NCBI GenBank assembly: GCA_963745835.1
Contig: CAVUZH010000008.1
Coordinates: 92,835 to 156,834 of the forward strand
Source: an uncultured delta proteobacterium
Lineage (GTDB): Bacteria; Desulfobacterota; Binatia; UBA9968
Direction: 5' to 3'
Length of the DNA stretch: 64,000 nucleotides
Made by a program: the position numbers and the translations under genes. The notes below the pieces were generated by a model, which worked only from the letters and a program-made list of their open reading frames with translations, was not told the origin of the DNA and did no database searches. This document shows, in pieces, positions 49,639-57,819 of this stretch. Every line of letters starts with the position of its first letter. The stretch's first letter is position 1.

Positions 49639-49682
49639 GACCAGAGTTTTCAGCAGCATGCTAGACTACGACAGGAGGACTT

Positions 49683-50192
49683 ATGGCGGACGAACAATCT
49701 CCAATCAAGATAAAAAAAATCGGCCATGTGGTTTACACGGTCAGCGACTTGGAACGGACCAGTAAATTCTGGACTGAGATCATGGGCTTCAAATTCTCGG
49801 ATCGTAATGAAACCGGCATGGTCTTCTTCCGCAATGCAACCGATCATCATACGGTTGCGTTGATGCAAGCCAAGGAAAACAGGCCGCTCCCGAAACGGGG
49901 CCAAGTGGGGTTCGATCATTTTGCTCTCGAGGTGGCCACCGTTTCAGAGCTCTTCAAAATTCGTGATTTTCTCAAATCCAAGGGAGTGACCATCACATAT
50001 GAGGGCCGCCGCGGACCGGGCGGAAATCCCGGGGTCGAATTTCTTGACCCTGACGGTTATCAAATCGAAATTTACGCTTCCATGGACCAGATTGGCGAAG
50101 ACGGGAGAAGCCGTCCGGCAAACGAGTGGCGGCGCGCAACTACCCTGGAAGAGGCGGTTGCCAATCCATTACCGGGCGCCGAATATCGCTGA
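49683..50192 (+). CDS. VOC-family (glyoxalase/extradiol dioxygenase-like) protein
   Basis: KIGHVVYTVSDLERTSKFW...DHFALEV...GVEFLDPDGYQIEIY. ATG follows AGGAGGA. Confidence 0.85.
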   Translation: MADEQSPIKIKKIGHVVYTVSDLERTSKFWTEIMGFKFSDRNETGMVFFRNATDHHTVALMQAKENRPLPKRGQVGFDHFALEVATVSELFKIRDFLKSKGVTITYEGRRGPGGNPGVEFLDPDGYQIEIYASMDQIGEDGRSRPANEWRRATTLEEAVANPLPGAEYR

Positions 50193-50365
50193 ATTTGCTC
50201 TCAAAAGATTGGCTCGTCTGGCCGGACTTGTTTCGGCCATCGACGCGTTAGTGATCTCCGGAGGTATTTCGACAAAATCTGCGCCGACAATCCTCGCGCA
50301 TGGCACGACGGAAACGATTGACAATTCGCGCCGAGACCAACACAGCAATTAGCTAGCCTCATTCT

Positions 50366-51442
50366 ATGATCTCAATCCGCCGTTTGCAGAAACGTTTCGA
50401 CGTTAGCGACGGCGTCATCGCAGCCATCAGGTCTCTCGATCTTGAAATAGCGGAGGGTGAACTCTTCGTCATCGTCGGCGCCAGCGGCTCAGGAAAAACT
50501 ACTCTACTGCGCTGCATTGCCGGCCTGGAAACCCCTGATGCCGGCGAAATCCGCATCGGCGACAGAGTCGTCTCCTCTGACAATCCTCCAACCTGGATCC
50601 CTCCTCAGCAGCGCAAGCTGGGCATGGTTTTTCAGTCCTACGCAGTCTGGCCGCACCTTTCCGTTTGCGAGAACATCGCGTTACCTCTGGCTGAGGGATC
50701 GCAGCGGATTCCTCGCCGCGAGGTCGCCCAACGGGTCAAGGAAGCTTTACGGCTGGTGCAATTGGAAGAACAAGCCGATCGACCCGCGACTTTGCTCAGC
50801 GGCGGGCAGCAACAGCGGGTCGCGTTGGCGCGTGCCATCGCGGTGAATTCACGGATCGTATTGATGGACGAGCCGCTAAGTAACTTGGATGCGCGGCTGC
50901 GAGAAGAAGTTCGCGGTAAAATCCGCGAGCTGGCAAAGCAGCTCGGCTCGACGATGCTCTACGTCACCCACGACCAAATAGAGGCTATGGCGATCGCCGA
51001 CAGGATTGCTCTCATGCAAGCCGGCGAACTTCTGCAAGTGGGCGCGCCCTTGGAAATCTATCACAAGCCCAGCTGCGCCGACGTAGCCGAGTTTTTCGGC
51101 TCGGTAAATTGGTTGGACGCTCAAGTGGTCGAATTTGGCGTAGCCGATTCGGCCATCGGCAAATTAAAAATCGAGAGCTCATCAAAGATCGGCGAAAAAG
51201 TGTTGCTGGGGTTTCGTCCCGAGTGTCTTTCGTTGTTCGATCCTGGCGCGCAACTCGACGGCAGTTCCTTCCGCGCCAAGATCGGTTCGAGCACGTTTCT
51301 TGGCGACCAATTTGTCTACACGGCGGTGGTAAACGGCCATCAACTGTTTGGAAAAAGCCGCACGGTTCCGGAAAGTTCCGGCGGCGCGACATTATGCCAT
51401 GTGAATCCGTCCGATATCATGGTGTTTCCATCCCGAGTATAA
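50366..51442 (+). CDS. ABC transporter ATP-binding protein (PotA/FbpC/MalK type)
   Basis: Walker A GASGSGKTT, signature LSGGQQQRVALARA, Walker B VLMDEPLSNLD, plus a C-terminal regulatory/OB-like domain. Confidence 0.9.
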   Translation: MISIRRLQKRFDVSDGVIAAIRSLDLEIAEGELFVIVGASGSGKTTLLRCIAGLETPDAGEIRIGDRVVSSDNPPTWIPPQQRKLGMVFQSYAVWPHLSVCENIALPLAEGSQRIPRREVAQRVKEALRLVQLEEQADRPATLLSGGQQQRVALARAIAVNSRIVLMDEPLSNLDARLREEVRGKIRELAKQLGSTMLYVTHDQIEAMAIADRIALMQAGELLQVGAPLEIYHKPSCADVAEFFGSVNWLDAQVVEFGVADSAIGKLKIESSSKIGEKVLLGFRPECLSLFDPGAQLDGSSFRAKIGSSTFLGDQFVYTAVVNGHQLFGKSRTVPESSGGATLCHVNPSDIMVFPSRV

Positions 51443-51490
51443 ACCCAGCATCAACTTGTTTTGTGATCAATGTTAACCGAAGGAGGCTAT

Positions 51491-52594
51491 ATGATCGTGC
51501 ACAAATCAATAGCGCGGCTCGCAACTTGGGCACTGACAGTGATGATGACTCTAGCCACCATGGCTGCGCTGGCTGAGGCCGAGACACTGGCCCAGATCAT
51601 CGAGGGTGCCAAGAAGGAAGGCATGTTGCGCGGTCAATGGGGCCAAAACAGCTTTGGCGGGAGCGAGGGATTTAAAGAAATTCTTGCCGGCATGAACAAA
51701 AAGTACAAGCTTGACCTGAAAGGCCAGTACACGCCGGGCCCTGACATGCAGCGTTTGATGCTGCGCATTATCCAGGAAAACGCCGCTGGCCAACCCGCCA
51801 GCACTGACGTCTATCTGGGCAACGCTCAAGCAATGTTCGATGGCTTGAAGTCGAACCTGCTAAAGCCCATGACTTATAACACCTTTATCGCAGACAAACC
51901 CAGTCCCGAAGGAAAATTCAACGCCATAGCCGCCGACGGCACCCATGTGGCGATCGCCACAGCCGTGGTCGGAATTCAGTACAATACCTCTCTGGTAAAA
52001 GGCGCCGACATTCCCCGGCGCCTCGAAGACGTCCTCAATCCGAAGTGGAAAGGCAAGATCGCTTCAACTCCCTATGCTGCGGGCATGCGGGAATTTGCCA
52101 CACCCGATTTTCTGGGGCGCGAAAAAATGATCGACTTCACCAGAAAATTATCCAAGCAGATTGGCGGCTTGATGCGATGCGGCGAGGCAGAGCGGATCAC
52201 CAGCGGTGAATTCCTCATGTTGGCCTTCACCTGCGGCGGCAACGACGTCAATGTCTTGAAGCGCGCCGGCGCCCCTCTGGGTCACACGGTAATCGAGGAA
52301 GGCACCGTGCTGCACATGCGATACGCCGCCGTGCCGAAAAATTCCCGCTCGCCTAACGCCGGCGCGCTGCTGATCAACTATCTGATGAGCGCGGAAGGGC
52401 AAGAACTATTATGGAGGCATGATGGTTTGGACCTGCATCTATTTCCCGGCTCCCAGACCAAAAGAGAGCTCGAGACAGTCCGCGCCGCCAAAGGCAAGGT
52501 CATCATCAGCTCGCCTGAGTGGCTCGCCTCTTTTAAGAACTATGCGGAAACACAAAAGGAGCTGGAAGCGATTCTACGCGATGCCGGCAAGTAG
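51491..52594 (+). CDS. ABC transporter substrate-binding protein (Fe3+/family-1-like)
   Basis: Signal peptide ...MAALAEA. Start moved to ATG 51491 behind AAGGAGG. Confidence 0.8.
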   Translation: MIVHKSIARLATWALTVMMTLATMAALAEAETLAQIIEGAKKEGMLRGQWGQNSFGGSEGFKEILAGMNKKYKLDLKGQYTPGPDMQRLMLRIIQENAAGQPASTDVYLGNAQAMFDGLKSNLLKPMTYNTFIADKPSPEGKFNAIAADGTHVAIATAVVGIQYNTSLVKGADIPRRLEDVLNPKWKGKIASTPYAAGMREFATPDFLGREKMIDFTRKLSKQIGGLMRCGEAERITSGEFLMLAFTCGGNDVNVLKRAGAPLGHTVIEEGTVLHMRYAAVPKNSRSPNAGALLINYLMSAEGQELLWRHDGLDLHLFPGSQTKRELETVRAAKGKVIISSPEWLASFKNYAETQKELEAILRDAGK

Positions 52595-52755
52595 ACGAGC
52601 GCGGAATTTCGCTCAAGAGCGCACGGACTCTGTTCGAAAGTCGTTCCGTAGCATGTCGAGGCGAGTTTCACCATCCTTACTTTGCTTCTCAGGATGATAT
52701 TGGCGGTGTAACGAAATATTCGTTTAAACAAGAGAGTTCGTTTTAGGCTACACAT

Positions 52756-54498
52756 ATGAAACAACTCTTATCGCGATTCGTCGCCGGCCTTGATCAAAGA
52801 GGTCAAACTTCCTCGGCTCTCTTGTCCATCGCCCTTGTGCCGATGGCGGCAATCCTGACGCTGGTGATGGTAATGTTCTGGGTCAGCGTTCAGAAAGGCG
52901 CCGTCGGCACGCCCAGCGCGATCTACACACTCGGCAATTATATCGAGGTTTTCAGCGATCCTTTTGTGCTGCGTGTCGCCGCTAATACGATAATTTTCAC
53001 AATCACCGCAACCGCGGTCGCGCTGATATTCGGCTTGCCGATCGCCTGGTTGGCGGAACGAAGCGACCTTCCAGGCAAGACGCTGATCTACGGGATTATG
53101 ACACTCGGGCTGCTGATTCCGGGCATCTATACGGCGATGGGATGGACGCTGATCGCCCATCCGCGCATTGGGATTTTAAACCGCTGGCTCGTCGATATTT
53201 TCAGCCTGAATGACGCTCCGATCAATATCGCCACCCCCATCGGTATGGGTTTCGTGCAAGGATTGAGTCTCTCCGCGTTGGCGTTCATCCTGACCGCGCA
53301 GATGTTTCGCGCCATGAATCCAACTCTCGAGGAAGCGGCGCGCGTCCACGGAATGGGCTACGGTAAAATCCTTTGGCGCGTGACCCTACCCTTGGCCCGC
53401 CCGGGCATTTTGGCGGCCGTAATCTACATATTGACTATCGGGATCGCCACGTTTGACATTCCGGCGATCCTCGGCTTGGGCAATCGAGTCTACATGCTCA
53501 GCACTTTTATCTATTTGAAAGTTCACCCGCAGGGCGCCGGCTTGCCCGAATACGGCATTACCGGAGTCGTCGGCGCGTTCATGATCATTGTCGCCGGCCT
53601 GCTCACTCTCTGGTACAGCCAGGTGCTACGGCAGGGTCATCGCTTCGAAGTCGTAACCGGAAAGGGATACAAGCCGACGCTCTTGCCGCTTGGCAAGTGG
53701 TCCATCGCCGCGTGGTGCTTCATCGGCGCTTATACGTTGATGTCGAAGCTCCTGCCATTACTTTTAATTACATACGCCGCTCTGACACCCTATTTCGTTC
53801 CGCCTTCGGTGGCGATGCTGGGAAACCTTTCGTTCAGCCATTTCTACGGCATGGATTGGGAACTGGTCACGCGCGGCTTGGCCAACACCGCGATTCTGGT
53901 AGCAGTGGTTCCAGTGGCGGTGTTGTTGCTGGCCTTTAGCATCTCATGGCTGATCGTGCGGTCGCGCAGCCGGGCACGTTACGCTCTCGAGTTTGGCGCG
54001 TTCCTACCTCATGCTCTGCCGGAGGTGATCCTCGCGATCGGCGCGTTGCTCCTGTCCTTGTTCGTTTTCGGCAACAGCATCCCGCTCTATGGCTCTGTCT
54101 GGCTGATCGCGGTGGTCTATGTCGTTGCCCGCCTCGCCTTTGCCACTCGCGCGCTCAACGGCTCGCTCTTGCAAATTCATCGGGAGCTCGAAGAGGCCGC
54201 TTTCGTTTCAGGTCTTTCCACCATCCGAACCGCTTGGCGCGTGCTATTTCCCTTAATTCGCCCTACCCTGTTTTCGGTTTGGATCTGGTCCGCGCTGTTG
54301 GTGTATCGCGAGTTGACTGTGGCGGTTTTTCTCGCAGTACATGACAACATCACATTGCCTGCAGTCATTTGGAGCTACTGGTACAGCGGCAGTATCAACA
54401 AGGCATCGGCCGTTACGTTGCTCATGACAGTGGTTCTTGCCCCGCTGATCCTGACGGCGTGGTGGTACGGCCGGCGCAGTCAGATCTCCGCCCAGTAA
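52756..54498 (+). CDS. ABC transporter permease, fused double-module (FbpB/ThiP-like)
   Basis: 580 aa, with two tandem six-span permease modules. Confidence 0.85.
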   Translation: MKQLLSRFVAGLDQRGQTSSALLSIALVPMAAILTLVMVMFWVSVQKGAVGTPSAIYTLGNYIEVFSDPFVLRVAANTIIFTITATAVALIFGLPIAWLAERSDLPGKTLIYGIMTLGLLIPGIYTAMGWTLIAHPRIGILNRWLVDIFSLNDAPINIATPIGMGFVQGLSLSALAFILTAQMFRAMNPTLEEAARVHGMGYGKILWRVTLPLARPGILAAVIYILTIGIATFDIPAILGLGNRVYMLSTFIYLKVHPQGAGLPEYGITGVVGAFMIIVAGLLTLWYSQVLRQGHRFEVVTGKGYKPTLLPLGKWSIAAWCFIGAYTLMSKLLPLLLITYAALTPYFVPPSVAMLGNLSFSHFYGMDWELVTRGLANTAILVAVVPVAVLLLAFSISWLIVRSRSRARYALEFGAFLPHALPEVILAIGALLLSLFVFGNSIPLYGSVWLIAVVYVVARLAFATRALNGSLLQIHRELEEAAFVSGLSTIRTAWRVLFPLIRPTLFSVWIWSALLVYRELTVAVFLAVHDNITLPAVIWSYWYSGSINKASAVTLLMTVVLAPLILTAWWYGRRSQISAQ

Positions 54499-54620
54499 GA
54501 CGGCTAGAAGCCGAAAACATGAGCGAGGAAACCTGAACCTTGATTTTCAGGCAAGCTTGTTGTGCTTCTTACTTTCGACTTTTTATGCGATGAATTCTTT
54601 CGAGAGGGCAAAAATCAAAG

Positions 54621-55277
54621 GTGTCATTCATGGATCCCAAGAATCTACTTGAAGTCATCCGGACACGGCGCAGCGTCCGCGTTTACAAAAGGGGGAAAGT
54701 CACTGACCAGCAGCTCGAGACGATCTTGGAAGCAGCTCGTTGGGCGCCTTCCGGCGCCAACACTCAACCCTGGGAGTTGGTGGTGACTCGGGACCGCGAG
54801 AAAATGAGACGTATCCGGCAGATCTATGACAATGAATGGCGGGAGAGAAAACGCGAAGATCCGATCAACTACAAAGGCTTGAAGAAGGACTACGTCGGCG
54901 ATGTCAGTGTCATTGTCCTGGTCTGTGGCGACGCCAGGACCAAACAAGTTTATCTGACGACGCGGCAACCGGCAGACCGCGAGAAGCTCTTTCAGGCCAG
55001 CATCGCCAATGCGGTGCAGCAGATGATGCTCGCCGCCGCGAGTATGAATTTGGGCACCGTTTGGGTTTCCGTGCGCGAGGAAGTTGAGCCCGAACTCAGA
55101 GAGTTGTTCAAAGTTCCAACGACCCTGCGCCTTCTCTGGGTCGTGCCCATAGGGCATGCGCGCAGTTGGCCCGCCGCAAAGCCGAGGCGCAATCCCGCCG
55201 CATTCACTCATCTGGAAGTTTACGATTCGCGGAAGCTAAGGAAGGAATCCGAAATCCGAGCTTGGCCCAAGAGCTAG
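54621..55277 (+). CDS. nitroreductase-family protein
   Basis: RRSVRVYK, ARWAPSGANTQPWE and LGTVWV text. The start may be ATG 54630 instead of GTG 54621. Confidence 0.85.
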   Translation: MSFMDPKNLLEVIRTRRSVRVYKRGKVTDQQLETILEAARWAPSGANTQPWELVVTRDREKMRRIRQIYDNEWRERKREDPINYKGLKKDYVGDVSVIVLVCGDARTKQVYLTTRQPADREKLFQASIANAVQQMMLAAASMNLGTVWVSVREEVEPELRELFKVPTTLRLLWVVPIGHARSWPAAKPRRNPAAFTHLEVYDSRKLRKESEIRAWPKS

Positions 55278-55279
55278 AC

Positions 55280-56791
55280 TCAGGTTGTGGAGATTTCGTA
55301 TTGCTGGTGGCCCAATTCCTCGCTCACTTTGATGATGATTTTGTGATTGATTTCCCGCTCCAGCGCCTCTAGGCTGTTGGCCTTCTCATCATAAAGAAAA
55401 TTGGCCACGCTTGGATGAAGCCGCAGCACGATGTTCTTGCCATTTTCCAAGCTCGTCTGCTGTTTCTTGACTGCGCGCAAAATATCGTAGGCGACGGTGA
55501 CAGACGACTTGATGCGGCCCCGGCCATCACAATGGGGACAGGGACTTAGCAGTTGATTTTCCAAACTCTCGCGGGTTCTTTGCCGGGTCATCTCGACTAA
55601 ACCCAGCTCTGAAATCTTCAGGATGTTGGTGCGGGCTTTATCTTTCTTGAGCGCGTTCTTGAGCGCTTCATAGACCTTCTTGCGGTTTCCTTCTTTCTCC
55701 ATGTCAATGAAATCGATGATGATGATTCCGCCGAGATTTCTTAACCTAAGTTGGCGCACCACCTCCGAGGTGGCTTCCATGTTGGTCTTGAGAATGGTCT
55801 CTTCTTGATCTCTTTTGCCGACGAAGCGTCCGGTATTGACATCAATAGCGGTGAGCGCCTCGGTCCTCTCGATGATGATGTAACCGCCCGAACGTAGCCA
55901 GACGCGCCGGTCCAGAGCCTTCTCGATCTTCTCTTCAATACCGTGTCGGTCAAAAAGCGCCTCTTTGTCAGAATATAACACGAGCTTGGATTTGAGCCGG
56001 GGCATGAAATGGCCGACGAAATCGGCGATGCGGCGGTGGTCTTTGGCCGAATCGATGACCACATGTTCGGTATCGGTAGTGAAGAAATCCCGTATCGTGC
56101 GCGTAATCAAGTCGAGATCCTGGTGAATCAATGCAGGCGCCGGGGCCTTGTCAGCTTTCTCCTGAATTCGTTTCCAGAGCTTGGTGAGAAACCTGAGATC
56201 TCGGTGGATTTCCCGTTTGCTTTGTCCTTCTGAAGCCGTTCGGAGGATGAAACCGCCTTCGGTTGTACCTAGGGATTGGGCAATCTCCTTAAGGCGTTTG
56301 CGTTCCTCTTCGCTCTCGATCCGCCTGGAAATGCCGATGTGCTTGGTGCTCGGCATAAAGACCATATAACGGCCCGGAAGCGATACATGCGAGGTTATCC
56401 GAGCGCCTTTTGTGCCTAGTGGGTCCTTGGCAACTTGGACTAAAATTTCTTCACCCCGTGAAACCTGTTTCTCGAGCGGCAGCCGCCGGTTAGGCGCGGG
56501 TTTAGGGACGTCATCGAACTCGACGTCGTCTCCGGACGGCGAGATCAGTTGCACATCTTCGGGAACACTAAAGAAGTCCGATGCATGTAAAAAGGCCGCT
56601 TTGTCCATGCCGATATCGACGAACGCGGCCTGCATGCCGGGCAAAACCCGTTCGACCTTGCCCTTGTAAATGTTGCCTGCGATGCCTCGCTCCTCTTTGC
56701 GTTCAATCAAAAATTCGGCGAGAACGCCGTCTTCCATGATCGCGATGCGGCTCTCCTGGGGAGACGAGTTGATGAAAATTTCTTGCTTCAT
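55280..56791 (-). CDS. rng: ribonuclease G/E-family endoribonuclease
   Basis: N-terminus MKQEIFINSSPQESRIAIMEDG, S1 domain GNIYKGKVERVLPGMQAAFVDIG, catalytic-core text IDVNTGRFVGK and GGIIIIDFIDM. Start moved to ATG 56791. Confidence 0.85.
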   Translation of the reverse strand: MKQEIFINSSPQESRIAIMEDGVLAEFLIERKEERGIAGNIYKGKVERVLPGMQAAFVDIGMDKAAFLHASDFFSVPEDVQLISPSGDDVEFDDVPKPAPNRRLPLEKQVSRGEEILVQVAKDPLGTKGARITSHVSLPGRYMVFMPSTKHIGISRRIESEEERKRLKEIAQSLGTTEGGFILRTASEGQSKREIHRDLRFLTKLWKRIQEKADKAPAPALIHQDLDLITRTIRDFFTTDTEHVVIDSAKDHRRIADFVGHFMPRLKSKLVLYSDKEALFDRHGIEEKIEKALDRRVWLRSGGYIIIERTEALTAIDVNTGRFVGKRDQEETILKTNMEATSEVVRQLRLRNLGGIIIIDFIDMEKEGNRKKVYEALKNALKKDKARTNILKISELGLVEMTRQRTRESLENQLLSPCPHCDGRGRIKSSVTVAYDILRAVKKQQTSLENGKNIVLRLHPSVANFLYDEKANSLEALEREINHKIIIKVSEELGHQQYEISTT

Positions 56792-56951
56792 AGATACCTT
56801 ATAGAAGTCGACGGGATGTACGGAAGAGGCGGGAAATGCGGGAACGGAGTGCCGTTCGGCATCGAAAGTCCCAACAGTCATCGGGGGCGGCTGGTGTCTT
56901 TATAGAGGAAATCAGTTGCGACTTCAAGCAGCATCGCGAATTTGCGCTCGT

Positions 56952-56980
56952 TTGACATTGACTGACCTGACCCGTATTTT
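56952..56980 (+). promoter_or_regulatory. candidate sigma70-type promoter (TTGACA-17 nt-TATTTT)
   Basis: Read directly from the sequence, ~45 nt upstream of the HNH gene start. Confidence 0.3.
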
Positions 56981-57025
56981 AGCTGTAATCGCGGACTGTA
57001 ATCGTCGAGCCATGCCAAAGCTTTA

Positions 57026-57658
57026 ATGAACTATTCCGCTACTATCCCGGTTTATTCCGTACTCAACACCAAGGTACTGATTCTCAATCGTTCCTATTTA
57101 CCGATCCATGTTACTTCCGTGCGCCGCGCCTTTACCCTCCTTTACCAGGGGATCGCCAAGGCGGTTAATGAACAATACCAAACTTTCGATTTTGAGAGCT
57201 GGAGCGACCTGTCGGTCACTGTGCACGACGAATCGGTGGGCATGGTCAATCGGGTAATCCGGGTCCCGCGGGTGATTCTGCTCGTCAGTTATGACCGCAT
57301 GCCCAAGCGTCAGGTTCGCTTTAGTCGCTATAATATTTATGCCCGCGATAAGTGCACTTGCCAGTATTGCGGCCACAGACGGCCGCGGCACGAACTCAAC
57401 CTGGATCACGTCATACCCCGGACGCAAGGGGGCACATCCACATGGGAAAATGTCGTCTGTTCATGCCAGGACTGTAATCGATTGAAGGGCGGCTGTACCC
57501 CGCAACAGGCGGGTATGACATTGGCGCGCCGGCCGGTGAGACCCCAGTGGACCCCTTTTATGCAGGAAACCTTCAGTCTTTCTCGTTATAAGGAATGGCT
57601 ACCTTTCTTGAACACCGTCGACGCATCCTACTGGAACACTGAGCTGCTCGAGAAATAG
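57026..57658 (+). CDS. HNH endonuclease-domain protein
   Basis: CQYCGHRRPRHELNLDHVIPRTQGGTSTWENVVCSCQDCNRLKG. Confidence 0.8.
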   Translation: MNYSATIPVYSVLNTKVLILNRSYLPIHVTSVRRAFTLLYQGIAKAVNEQYQTFDFESWSDLSVTVHDESVGMVNRVIRVPRVILLVSYDRMPKRQVRFSRYNIYARDKCTCQYCGHRRPRHELNLDHVIPRTQGGTSTWENVVCSCQDCNRLKGGCTPQQAGMTLARRPVRPQWTPFMQETFSLSRYKEWLPFLNTVDASYWNTELLEK

Positions 57659-57732
57659 GCGCCTCCGCTTCTCCTATAATCCTATATATAGTAGCGAATG
57701 GCGCCTTTAGCCACTTTATATGGTCAATTTTC

Positions 57733-57762
57733 TTGACAGTTATCCGCCTCATGGACTATATT
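57733..57762 (+). promoter_or_regulatory. candidate sigma70-type promoter (TTGACA-18 nt-TATATT)
   Basis: Read directly from the sequence, ~60 nt upstream of smc. Confidence 0.35.
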
Positions 57763-57819
57763 GCCAAACAATCCATTGATTCACTCCGTCGTTTCGTAAG
57801 TGTCTGACATTAAACGATT

